Below are positions 12,762-25,110 of a DNA stretch of 64,000 nt, in pieces. Position 1 is the stretch's first letter. Each line of letters opens with the position of its first letter. Under the pieces are notes generated by a model that worked only from the letters and a program-made list of their open reading frames with translations, did not search any database and was not told the DNA's origin. Source of the DNA: Vicugna vicugna (taxonomy: Eukaryota); the NCBI GenBank assembly GCA_013265495.1, contig MU058009.1:4656739-4720738 (forward strand), in the 5' to 3' direction. The translations under genes and the position numbers were made by a program.

Positions 12762-13749
12762 TTCCTTCCTCCCCCACCTTTCCCCTTTGTTTTCTCTCTT
12801 CCATCTGAAAGAGACTGGGAGTTCCTTTAAGGTTTTGAGAAAGCCAGTCATTATTTCATTCTGAAAACATAACGTCACCCAGAACAAGATGCTTTATCAT
12901 AAAATTATAATGACACTGTGCTTCCTAATTCATCCTGTGTTTTATTTGCTGATTCATTAATGAACCCATCCAAGATTCCGGGATAATGGCCTCTAATTCT
13001 ACAGGAGCCACAGTTTGCAGTAATTGCTCTAAATTATAATCACCGTTCCCAGCTTCCAGGAAGGGTTTGGTGAGGATCCATGCCAGCTTGTTGGTGAGGT
13101 GGATACCCTCATCCTCTTTTAACCAATGTGCCATAAGAAACTCTTAAGAATTTACAAAATAAATACGCTTTAGCATTGTTTTCTGGAGACCTAAAGTGCA
13201 GCACTGCCTTGAAACATATTTTAAATTATCTTATATGATTATACAAACCTCAGCACACGGAGGGGCAACAGCTGCCTCAAATCTCCTGTTCTAAAGCAAG
13301 GCGACGTTCTCTGATGCATCCACACCTCGGATCCAAGATGGGCTCAGCCAGAGATCCGGGAGTGGCCAGAGAACCCAGTGTCCATGTCATTTCTGGCAGT
13401 GTTCAGGGTTAACGACTGAGTCTGTAAGTTGCCAACGCGGATGCCAGGCAGGAGAGGAGAGATGCTGTTTGCTGTGTGTGCCCCACCTGCAGGAAGCTGT
13501 CTGGCAACAGCGATCGAAAGACTCCCAGCTGCTGGCCCAGCGACTCCACAGCGGGGAGGCCGCCCGTGGGGACGGTCCTCCCTCCCACCTGCCCTGCGAA
13601 GGTCTTCAAGGAAACCATCACCCAAGTGTTACTTGCTGCGGTGGAAACGGCCTATGTGGACAGTAATAGGAGACTGGCTAGTTCGCTCATGTTACACACT
13701 CAGGACACCCCGTTACGCAGATACCTGGAGATGTTTACCGAAGCTACGC

Positions 13750-14028
13750 GTTTTGTGTGGCGCTCAGGCACCGGGCAGCCTGGCGGTCAGGCAATGAGAC
13801 GAGGGATGACATGCAGTTTACAAAAAAAAAAAAATTAAATCTAAAATAAAACTTTTAAGTCCTACTAGCCCAAGTCAGCTCAAAGCGCACGTCTCTTCAC
13901 TTCTGGTGCGGGGGTGCTAGTCTGTCTCTCCAAGTGCAGCCTTTAAACAGCTCACCCCTGCGCCCCAGGCCGGGGTCTGCAGTGCGCCCCACACCCCAGC
14001 CTGCTCCCCTTTACACAGGCCTGTGCTT
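13750..14028 (+). repeat. Local direct duplication, copy 2 (~275 bp)
   Basis: Paralog of 12484-12761, roughly 80-85% identical by eye, starts 1266 bp apart. Confidence 0.9.
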
Positions 14029-15239
14029 GTAAAATGAATATTTAAGTTATAGCATAAAAGCATAAATTGGGACCCTAGAAAAATCCAACACAGGACTGAA
14101 AAAATAGCCAGCAGACTATCACCTGCTTCCCGCCCACGGGGGTGGCCAGCAGTGCCCAGTCCTCTTTCTTCCTGTGTACTTTCTGCCCTTTGTTGAAGAC
14201 ATGGAGACATACCTAATGAAGACATTGCTAATTTTTCAGAACTCGGAGTAGGAAGCATTACAAAGCTGTCCTCGATGCTGGACCTGCTGCCACACGTCAA
14301 ATATCACGTCTGCTGAAAGGTCATCTGCCTGTAAATGAGTCTATGTGTGAACAGCGTGCTGGCCACAGGGCAGTTTTCACACTGAGGACCTGGGAAGATG
14401 CTTCAAAACCCCACCTTCCTCTGCGGTAGCTCCAAGGACAGGAATGAGAAACCTGCAAAGCGCTAAGTGCTATGGCCGAGCTTGCAACGCAGGGACACAA
14501 TCAAAGTGTGAAAGTTAAGTCAAAATATCAGTGGATAAATCTCGCCTCTGGGCTCTGAAGCTTGACAGGGAAATTCAAGTTGGTGGTAGTGGTGCTGGAG
14601 TGGAAACAGGCCCAGAGCACTGGCTTATCGAAGCCGGTTTTAATGTTTGATTTGAGTAATGGGCCTTGCAAATTAGCACCCCTGCGGCCTGAAATACATA
14701 TCTTTTCAAGGACACACCGGTTTTCAATTCGACAGGTGATACAGAAAGAAGTCCCCAAGGGGAGCTTTGATTTCTGTGCTTTTCAGACACAGTTATATTT
14801 TATTCCAGCGAGGACGACGTGGAGGATAGGAGAGAGCTCTGAGGGTGACGTGAGGGCCTGGAGAAGAAATGGAGCAGAAAACAGCTCTCAGAGCAAAGGA
14901 AGGGAGGGCTCCCGGGGTGGAAGTGGGAGAGGCCGCGCATCCTCCTGGCCTGTGCTGGGGCCCGCAGTCTCCCTGCCCCAGGAGGGAGGGGCGGGCAGCC
15001 AGCAGGAGGAAGTCTTACTGCGGCTCCGTCTTGCTCCCCCACCCCCAGGTCCTCTCGATCACACGACAGTCGACACTCTAGCTCAACAACTGGCTTAATT
15101 TACCCAGCCACGCACACTTCCTGAGCCCCCGCCACAGGCCGGCCACCATGTTAAGTGCCCCAGGTAGGCAGGGAAGTTAGACCCCACTCGGAGCTGTTCT
15201 GCTCGGGCAACAGAACACAACTTCCAAACTGGGGAGCTT

Positions 15240-15325
15240 TACCTTCTGTTCCTGGCTCTGCCACTGCCCTCGTGGCAAGCTCGAACAATTAAGCCCCATT
15301 TCCTCATCTGTAAAGCCGGATGCTG
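15240..15325 (+). mobile_element. MIR SINE core fragment
   Basis: ttcctggctctgccact...atttcctcatctgtaaa is the MIR core motif. Confidence 0.65.
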
Positions 15326-15796
15326 AAATCTGCTTTACGCACTAGTGGGGGAATGGAGGCCCACGTGTGTGATGTATATGAGATACAGCTGACACTCCCT
15401 AGGAGGCATTTTTTCAAATGACAGACCCATCTGACTTCCCAAACAAAGTTGTTTCTTGGAAGAACGCCCAGTGCCAGTTAATGACAGATGTCCATCTTCT
15501 AGGAGGTAGCTGAGAGCACCAAATACATCTACCGGTAAAAACAAGGAGCAGGGGTGGGGCCGCCAGGGGAGAAGGTGCTCCTGGAGCCAGCGGGAGGGCC
15601 TGCTGCAGCCCACACCGCCCCAGTGAGGGGCAACGGCAGAGCGCTCACTCCAACTACAACCTTGACCACAGTGTCACTGACCTGCGAGTCCCAGAGACTC
15701 TCCAGTCCTGTCTAGGGAGCAGGCTGCAGACTTAAAGGAGTTTGAGCTTCAGTGAGGGTGCTCCATGCTGGAGGGGTGGGGAGATGAAAACCACCT

Positions 15797-16817
15797 AACT
15801 ACCTATCATCTGTCTGTCTATCCATCCATCATCCATCCATCATCCATCCATCCCCCATTTAAATATCCATCATCTATCCATCTATCCATCATCCATCCAT
15901 CATCTATCCATCACCCATCCATCATCTATCTATCCATCATCCATCCATTGTCTATCCATCCATCACCCATCCATCGTCTATCCATCCATCATCCATCCAT
16001 CGTTTATTCATCCATTCATCATCCATCCATCGTTTATCCATCCATCCATCACCCATCCATCATCTATTCATCCATCATCCATCCATCATCTATCCATCCA
16101 TCCATCACCCATCCATCGTCTATCCATCCATCATCCATCCGTTTATTCATCCATCCATCATCCATCCATCATCTATCCATCCATCCATCATCCATCATCC
16201 ATCATCTATCCATCCATCCATCTTCCATCCATCATCTATCCATCCATCCATCTTCCATCCATCATCCATCATCCATCCATCATCTATCCATCCATCCATC
16301 ATCCATCCATCATCTATCCATCCATCCATCTTCCATCCATCATCTATCCATCCATCCATCTTCCATCCATCATCTATCCATCCATCCATCATCCATCCAT
16401 CATCTATCCATCCATCCATCTTCCATCCATCATCTATCCATCCATCCATCATCCATCCATCATCTATCCATCCATCCATCTTCCATCCATCATCCATCAT
16501 ACATCCATCATCTATCCATCCATCCATCATCCATCCATCATCTATCCATCCATCCATCTTCCATCCATCATCCATCCATCATCTATTATATCTGTCATCT
16601 ATTTGTCTATCATCTTCTGTATCTATTATCTATCTATCACCTATATGTTACCTATCATCTATCTATCCATCCATCCATCATCTTTCTATGATATCAGTGA
16701 TCTTTCTGTCCATATATCATCATCTGTATCTATTATCTATCACCTCTACATTATCTGCCATCTATCTACCTGTCTATGGTATCTATCTATCTATCTATCT
16801 ATCTGTCTGTCTATCTA
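15797..16817. repeat. ~1-kb compound (TCCA/TCA/TCTA)n satellite with a 30-bp higher-order core
   Basis: Read directly; it accounts for ORFs 15765..16691 and 16195..16575. Confidence 0.95.
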
Positions 16818-16873
16818 TAATGGCCTTAATACCAAATCTGAAAGTCCTTGAAAAAGTGAGCCCTTTAAAGGTT

Positions 16874-16903
<30 letters not shown>
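16874..16903. repeat. (TG)n(TA)n compound microsatellite
   Basis: Read directly. Confidence 0.9.
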
Positions 16904-16904
<1 letters not shown>

Positions 16905-17239
16905 CTAGATATAAACTTTATCAGGGAATTTTACTTTAAATCACTTCTCTAGAAAATCCAGTTAATAGAATTTCCCTACAAAATGTGCACTTCTTTCTAT
17001 TTGACATTTAATACCTAGTTTTTTTCAACACAGAGGTAGATGCAATTTCCATTAAAAAAAGAAAACTCCAGTACTCTGAAGTTTAATTCCATAATTTTAA
17101 ATTAATTTTTCAGGTATCTATAAAATCAAATGCTCACTTACTCAATACCCAGTGCAGGCTTGGCACTGGGAACTACAAGGCAGTGCCTGACATAAAAAGC
17201 ATTTAAAATGTCCCCAAGGCATGAGATAAGAGGTTACCT

Positions 17240-18040
17240 CTTACAAATATTTTTAAACTACCCCAACAGAAAATGGATAAATGCATGAAAAAAATTCCAC
17301 AGAAAGAATGTATAATTATAAACATACCTAAAAACAGCAACCTCACACATGAATAGATAACTGAAATGAAAACATGAAGCTATTCTGGGCATCTGTTACG
17401 CTACAATAATAAACAATAATGAACAAATAACAAAAATCAGAAACTCAAATAACAAAAATAAAAATGATCCTGCAAAGCACTCGGAAGGGCTCCGTGAAAT
17501 CGGGCCCAGCTTTCACGCCGACAGACGCAGACAGCGTGAGGACCAGCGTCAGGCTTGCTGGGTGCTTCTGACCCGATGGTCTTACGTTTTGAAATCCGTT
17601 ATAAGGAAATAATCAGAGGTGAGGATATTGATTGATATTCAAGATTGATGTCCGAGTATAATTTCTAATAGAGAAAAAGAGGAAACAAACCCCTATTCAA
17701 TAATACGCACTAAAGAAATCATGTCACTGCTGCAGAATATCACACGGCATCACAAGCTGGGGTTTCTAAGAATATCTTACGACCTGAGAAAGGTTCACAG
17801 AATTAAGAGTGGAAAAAAAATCAGGACATGATATAGTGTACACGTGTCACTGACACCATGCGGAAGAAATAAACATGTGCGTAAAACAGGCCTGGCAGGA
17901 CACACGTCAGAATTTTCAAGGTGGTTTATCTCTGGGAGGTGAAATTATTGGACATTTTTTTCTTCTTCGCATTTTGTATGTTTTCCAAATTCTGTAAAAT
18001 TAACATGCACCTTAATATAATTTAAATTTTTTTAATTTTA
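17240..18040 (+). mobile_element. Ancient L1ME-like LINE-1 3' portion
   Basis: ccccaacagaaaatggataaatgcatgaa (end of ORF2) through ggtggtttatctctgggaggtgaaattattggacattttttt...gttttccaaattctgtaaaattaacatgcac (L1ME4-type 3' UTR). Confidence 0.65.
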
Positions 18041-19430
18041 TAAATCCTCTCTCATCCAAAACAAATCAACAAACTCAGAAAATAAAGAAAAGGGAAGAAG
18101 CCTCAGAAAATACAATGATTTAAATGAGACAGCTCCAAAAATGGATTATTCTCTCTACAGATGTTTGCCTGCCTCTGTGTGACAGCAATGAAGTTTGGAT
18201 TTTGGAAGCGTGGAAGTCTGGAACCCTCCTGGGATGATAAAGACCAACGTCCACGAGCCGGTGTGTGAGGAGCAGGGAGGGTGCTGGCTGAGCACGTTTA
18301 GGGGTCCAGTCTACAAGGACAGGTGGCTGGTCCTGCAGAGAGGCCTCGTCACAGAGGCGCCTTGCCCTCGGAGCCGCAGGGAGGAAGCCCACCTCTTCGT
18401 GCCTCCCACGAGGCAGAGGGACAGCCGGTCGCGCCTCCCAGCCCGACGGGTGAGACAGGGAAAGGAAACAGACCCAAGGCCGCGTCGGGCCACAGGTGTC
18501 GAGGGCCCTGTGGCTCCACCCCTACCTGGTGACGCTCTTCGCCTGGGCCCTGCTGAGTCCCCGGACAGGGCGTGGCGCTGACTCTGTTACCTCGGAAGCA
18601 GGGTCTCCGTTTAGCCCCAGGAGTGGAACAGGTGCGCCTTTGTTAACTATAATCCCTGATGCCACAGATGGGTTCACGTTTTTATCATCTCTGAAGTGTT
18701 TAAAATCTGGGGGGCAGGGCTCTTCCAGGAGAAGAGCATGGAAAATTATGCCCTAAGTTAAGTACAACACGAGTATTGAGAAGGATCAAGTAAGCCCCGT
18801 GTGCTACACACGTGGCAGCGCTGCGGGGCTGCCGGCATTCGTCTACGCTGCGTTACCGCGTGTGTTCCCAAAGGCAGGTGTGTGTGCTTTGACATGGTGT
18901 GTGTGCGGGCTGGTTCCTCCACCTGTGAGGTGACACTCAGGGAGACTGAGTGAATTTCCCCGACCCCCCCACCCCGAGCAGGATGCTGGGTGAGCCGCAC
19001 TGGACGGGGGAGGACGCTCCTGGGGGTCATCCAGTCAGGAGACAGTGGTGACCTCGCGGCGGGAGGAAGGGCGTGGGCACCACGGAAGTGCCTGCTTATT
19101 AAACTAAGCTCCATTTTCCTCACTCGGCTGCCCTGACCTGAGCCACTCCATCTAAGCAGCAGGTGGCAGGAGCGGGGAGAGAGGGGCCCCGCTGCAGCAC
19201 AGGGAAGGATGCACTCGGAGAGCGTCCCGGGGAGCTCTGAGGCTCTTCTCAGCCCTGAGGTCGCAGGGCGCGCCGCCCTGAAGGCAGAGGCCCCCCCCCA
19301 CCAAGGGCCAGGGAGAGGGTCCTGGCTGAGTGGCCTGCTTGCTGGCGTGGACATGCTGTCCTGGGGGCTCCGCCCGACCCTTCTGCTGCATGCCTTCTGG
19401 TCGTCAGAGGGAGCAGAGTTCTTCTGCACC

Positions 19431-19620
19431 TTCTTTTTTTTTAATTCTTATTTTTTATAGACGTGTAGTCAATTTGCAATGGTAGTTTCAGGTGTACAGA
19501 AAAGTGATTCAGTTACACGTACACACACACACATAATTTTTTTCACATTCTTTTCCATTACAGCTCATTACAAGAAACTAAGCAGTTCCCTGCGCTCTAC
19601 CCTAGGCAGAGGTTGGCATG
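19431..19620 (-). mobile_element. Younger artiodactyl-type L1 3' end (5'-truncated, poly-A seen as poly-T)
   Basis: T-run followed by gtttcaggtgtacagaaaagtgattcagttac...attcttttccattac...agttccctgcgctctac, which matches the antisense L1 3' UTR typical of cetartiodactyls. Confidence 0.7.
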
Positions 19621-19726
19621 GTAGGCGAGGTCAGTCTGCAGAGAAAGACAAGCATCTTCTCCACCTTTCTGGTGAGACGGAGACGCGGTCACACTTGTCC
19701 TGTGCAGGAGCGTCCTGCACGCTGGG

Positions 19727-19965
19727 TGTTGTGTGTGCTTTTGTGTGTGTGTGTGTGTGTGTGTCTCTGTGTGTCTGTGTCTGTATGTGTGTCTTGTGTG
19801 TGTGTCTGTATGTGTGTCTTTTGTGTGTGTCTGTGTGTGTGTCTATGTCTGTGTGTCTGTGTGTGTGTATCTGTGTGTGTATCTGTGTGTGTGCGTGTGC
19901 GTGTATGTGTGTGTATCTGTGTGTGTGTCTCTGTGTGTGTCTGTGTCTGTGTCTGTGTGTCTGTT
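19727..19965. repeat. Degenerate (TG)n/(TGTGTC)n array
   Basis: Read directly; it gives the Cys/Val-rich ORFs here. Confidence 0.95.
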
Positions 19966-21624
19966 GTGGGGGGCGGGGATGAAGGTAAGCGACGCCTCCC
20001 CCTGCAGAGTCTGGAGCTCACTGCAAGGCAGACGGAGGAACCAGAGATGAACGGGGCAACGGAGTTCCTGATGTAAGAGCAGGTCGTAGGGACTTACTGT
20101 AGTGACAAGGGTCCCTCGCCCTCTTTACCCCAGATATGAAGGAACATCTGTATCATACATATAACCTGCGGTCACAGGCCGGCCTCCCACGGAGCAGCAG
20201 CAGAACGCAGACCAGGAGGGGCCGAGGCCAGGCTGCTGCTGGCCAGAAGCGGCGAGGTCCACCCTCACACACAGAGTCCTTCTCACCTGGGAGAGGTCCA
20301 GCAGCCTTCTCTGGGGTGGGCAGGGAGGGTCTCTGGGAAATCTTTTTACATGGAAACAAAAAGCCGGAAACCCCATTGTATTCTCCTAACAAAAGCTCAT
20401 CAAACGTTACCCTTCGGGGAGGCCGGGAGGGACGCGGTTAAATGAGCCCGGGTCCCAGAGCACGGCAGCTCCAGCAAGGCTGGGGCTTGGCGCACGCAGA
20501 TGTCTGCAGACCCGGGAAGCCAGCTAGAAGTGGCTGGGACCGTGTGGGCGTCAGCAAGGAGCAGGCCTGGCTGGGCAGCAGGGGCATCGGGGACACAAGG
20601 CTCGGTGCGGAGTGTGCCTGCAGGGCGGAGCTCCGGCCCGGGAAGGGAGCCGCCATGACAAAGAAATGAATGAACCCTTCGGGAGTTTAGACCACGGGAG
20701 AGGCACCCATTAGCTCCGGGCCGTGTTGTTAACTCAGGTTTGGCCCCCAAAAGCCTAAAGACCAGGCCCTGAGCCGACATCCATGGTCCAAAGGAACTGG
20801 TCCTGGCTCCGGGAAGTCAGCCTGCTCCCCGGCCCCGGCCGCGCCCCCTTCTCCCGCGCAGGCTGAGGGCTGTCTGCCTGGGACTCTGACACGCCTGCCT
20901 CCGGCCTGCCTGTTTGCCATTTCTACTTAGAGCCAGAACAGATAAATGATCACCCATTTTGAATTCAGAACTGACTTCTCCAAACATTCTTAAAAATCTC
21001 TGGAAGAAGCTACTTACAGTTAAAAATTGGATTTGCCCAAAAGAGCAGTCCATTCAAAGCCACTGATGGATCCAGGCATTTAAAAGCCCGCTGGCTCACT
21101 GGCGAGGCTTTCAAACCTGATCAGCACATACACACCTCTCTAATTGGCTCACTATTTACCCGTGAATTTATTCCGGATGGAGTTATGGTGATGCAGTTTC
21201 TAAATGTCCGTTTTATTTTACCTCTTCTTACGCGGCTGGAGACTGACCTAGGATCCAATTATTGAGATAGCCGGCAAGGAAATTAGCTGCAGACATGCAT
21301 AGTCAGAGGTGACTTATTTATAAAATTCTTCATAAAATGTCATGCAACAATACTATTACCTTGCGTACGTGAATTATTTTATAACTACAAGTCAACATAT
21401 GTCTGTTATTTTTTTCTTAATAGCATTATGTACAGTTTTTAAACATAAGGCAAAATTATAACTAATTCTGGATAAATCAATCAAAATCATCTTTGTGGAT
21501 AATTTAATCAGCGATCATTAAAAATTAGTTTTAATTCCAGATCCCTCGAGTAAAATCCTTATTTCTTCTCCTTGACATTATCCCACACAAATTTACACCC
21601 TCGGATCTAAAACATGGTTTGATT

Positions 21625-22200
21625 ACTCATTCTTTTACTCATCCACCCCTTCCTTGAACATTATATGCCAGAAACTTGATTCCACCCTGGAGATACAAAA
21701 GTAAGAAATGAACATTGCCCCCACTCTCAAGGAGGCCACACTGGAGTGTGTGTCTGATGGGACACAGTGTGTTGTGATGCAGGTATAATCCATGCATGTT
21801 CGAGGTGGGTGTGGCAGGTGTGGTGGGTGGAGCTGGGAAACTTCATAGAAGAGGGGATGGTTCGGGAGGGCTTAAAACCCACCAGCAAAGAAGGGGAGCA
21901 CGTGAATGCCACGCAGAGTCAGCAGGCAGGCGAGGCCTCGAAGGGGCGCGGAGAACAGCTTCCGAAGGGAGTTACTGCAGCTGAAGGACCAGCGTCCAGT
22001 GGCAGAGCGTGGAGGACGGGGATGCCTGGGGGCAGGGGCAAGCATCTCGGATGCCACGCCAAGGGCTGCAGGTGCATCTCTGGTGCCAGGTACCCTGGGC
22101 AGAACTTTCAGGTGAGAGGTATCCTGATCCAACTTGCATTCTGGACGGGCTCCTCTGGAGGCAGGAAGGAGGGTGGGTCCACAGGGGAAATGGGACTGGA
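21625..22200 (-). mobile_element. LINE-2 remnant
   Basis: tcattcttttactcatcc...tatgccag...ctggagatacaaaagtaag...tgcccccactctcaagga...gggaaacttcatagaagagg...atgccacgccaagg follows the antisense L2 order. Confidence 0.65.
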
Positions 22201-23509
22201 ACAGGGACGCCCGCCCTTGGGACGGAATGAAGTCCTCAGCCAGCCTGCTCCCATGCAGGGCTGGGTGGAGTCTGGGTCGCAGTAAATGAAGACTGAATAG
22301 GAAATAAGGAACAAGGAAAAAGTGTGGGCGCCCAAGACACTCTAGGATGAAGGGAAGGAGAGAGAGAATTCAGTGCCTGGAATGGGGCACCTATTTCAAG
22401 GTATTTGGGGATTTTTTTTTTTAAGATGGGAGACATTTCTGTGTGGAAACCAAGAGAATGCATCTTCTCTTTCATTTTTCTTTCTAACGAGTATCTAAAC
22501 TTGCATCATATTCACTTTATAAAGTTGTTTGTCAGAGTGGGTACACACCGGTGGAGACACTTCCTGCATTTTAAAAAAGGCATGCTAATCTAAAATGGTT
22601 GGTGCTTCCTTCTTTTATTAAAAAAAAAAAGAATTGTCTTCTTTTATTTAAAAACGTAGCATTTCAAGAAACAATTCCACTTGCCTAGGATGCTCTCGTG
22701 TCTGAAATGTAGGAACTGCTGAAGGGCAGCCAGCACCAGCCCCAGAGGAGGCCAGACCCAGGAAGAAATACAGAGTTCCCAGCAGAGAGCACACGGGTTT
22801 ATTGTAACATCCGAGTTAATTGATACACTTGCCTTTTACGGCAGCTCTCCATCACGCCGCCTGCCCTCTTACCCGGAGTCGTTAGCGGGAAGAGGAGGCC
22901 GTGCAAGTTGGCTGTGAGCCTCCCCGAGGCTGGAGCAAGAGCAGGAATGGGAGGCAAGTCCTCCGTGCAGACCCCGAGCCTTCCCCTCGCACCCCAGGGC
23001 AGAGAGTCTCAGCACCGTCACTCAGGTGCCACTAACCCGTCCTGTCCCCGCGGGCACTACCCCTGCACTCATGCAGACATCCCAGCTCGCTCTTAGCATC
23101 CTGTCATTAAACGAAAACGCATCAAGAGAACCGTGAGGGACGAGGCCGACTGGATCACATCAAATCTGCCCCCGGAAACGGTGGTCTGGAGATGCAGCCA
23201 CTGAATTACAGAGAACGGAACACTCCAGACCTGAGAGAGCCTGGAAAGCACCTTGTCTAAAGAAAATCTGATGTGCAAAGTCCAACCAACCACAGAGCAA
23301 AGAGCCGGGTAATTAGGACGTGGTGATTTGCCTTCAAAGGGATCCACCACAGCGCGTCTTCTGTAAAGAATGACCACAGCACGTGTAAAACATGCATTTA
23401 TTTACCAGCAAATGTGTATTAATGCCAAGCTGCTCGGCAGCATTGTGACAACTCTCATCAGCTTTCTCTTTGCGTCACATCCCACTCGAGGAGAGGTGAG
23501 GCATCACCC

Positions 23510-23645
23510 GACAGGGGTCCAAACGAAGCTCCTCGGGGTGGGATCCAGGCTCTGCCACTGACCACAGCTATCACCTTGGACAAGGCAATCTCTATAAACC
23601 CCTCCAGAATGCACCTGTCTCTTACGGTGATTATGAAAAACAGAA
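23510..23645 (+). mobile_element. MIR fragment
   Basis: gatccaggctctgccactgaccacagctatcaccttggacaag is MIR core-like. Confidence 0.55.
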
Positions 23646-24875
23646 ATTATAAAAAAAAATAACACAGACTGGCTTTGCAGCTCACCTGCAATAAGTTTAG
23701 TGATGCTTTTATTGTGAAAGGCATGGGAGGGGGAGGTCAGAGAATATTCTGCACGTTCCTTCCCTGTGACACCTGGCTCCTCTCCTCTCCTTCCTCCTCA
23801 GTCCTTCCCTAAGGCGGCAAAGGGCTCTGGGTTCACTGCCCTCTGGGGATGGTTGTTGGGAGCAGAAATGCACAGAATATTAACAAAGTTTAAGTCATGG
23901 GTTTAGTCTCTGGACACAGAAGTGGACATACTGCATAAAGTGCTTGTAAGACTCCCCGTGGAGCCATCGCCCACCCCCCAGAGGAAGTGAGGATTCCACT
24001 GGCTGGAGGGTGGCTGGTGGGGAGATAGAGGAGGCGTACGGAGCAGTGGCCGCCCGCACCACGGGGTGCAGGGCAGAGTCACACAGAGCTCCCAGACCTG
24101 CCCCACCGTCCTGGGCTGTACATGTGAGCCACACTTGCAGCCTCCCTCGGGGACGTGATGGATGGGTCAACGAGTGAAGACCACAAGGGCACAAGGACGT
24201 TTCAGGGCGTCTTCCGGGACAGCCGATGCCCAGAAGCCCCCTCCCACGCCACCCTCCCCAACACTGAGGAAGTGCCTCAAAGCTTGAAGGTCACCTGGGA
24301 GGGTGGGGAGACCACCCTGACCCGACACAGCGGGTTCTGAACTGCCGGGGTGCTGCCCCAGGCCAAGTGGAGACCTTCAGTCCAGGTACTAACAAGGAAA
24401 CAATACTGAAGTGACACTTTTGCAGCCTTATGGCCTGTGGGAGTCTCTCTGAGTGCAGAAGAAATCCTGGCTCGATCCCTGCAGAACCACGGAGGCGGTT
24501 GGGGAGCTGAGTGTGAGTGTGGCTGGCAGGCCAGGCCGGGAGGATTGCCCGCCGTGGCCCAGACGCGGGGCTACGCGGGAGGAAGCAGCCACTCAGGCAC
24601 CGGGACCCTGATGATCGAAAATTCCTGCTTTTGCTCCTTTAGGTTACGGCTCCTTCAGCCGACTTCCAGGCCGTGGACGGCTCCCGTAGCCTGGAACGGC
24701 CTCCCTCCCCCTCCCTGCCGCCCTCCCCCTCCCTGGGTTGCCCGTTAGAAGGATCCTACAGGGAAGCCCCGTTTTCATGCCCCTCCTACGGGGACCTTCC
24801 CAACTGCCGGCAGAGTCATCCCCGCTCCCCCCAGAGCCCCCCTGGCCACACCGCACTCTGGTCATCACTCATCAC

Positions 24876-25110
24876 TACGCTGACGGCTAACGTTTCCCGG
24901 GGACTCGCTTCACGCCGCACACTGTCATGAGCACTTCGTACACACATTTGTCAACGAATTTCCTCTTCCTCTTGAGGGAGGTGCCATGAAGAGGTCCCTT
25001 CACAGCGAAGGCAACAGGCACAGAGAGGTGGAGTCACTCTCCTGAGGCCACACAGCTAAGGTCAGTGGACGGCAAGCCCCAGCGGCCGGAGCCCAGGGCC
25101 TGCGGCTGAC
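24876..25110 (-). mobile_element. MIR SINE, near full length
   Basis: ctaacgttt...cactgtcatgagcacttcgtac...aacaggcacagagaggtggagtcactctcctgaggccacacagct follows the antisense MIR order. Confidence 0.65.

Noticed and set aside
12484..14028. Direct repeats as LTRs of a small novel retroelement
   Set aside because: No CA terminus, primer-binding site, polypurine tract or clear target-site duplication; kept only as a local duplication.
15765..16939. 308-aa His/Pro/Ser/Ile ORF and overlapping ORFs
   Set aside because: They are translations of the TCCA/TCTA satellite, with no domain, splice context or codon structure.
19479..20076. Cys/Val-rich metallothionein- or keratin-associated-like ORFs
   Set aside because: They are (TG)n read-through joined to an antisense L1 tail.
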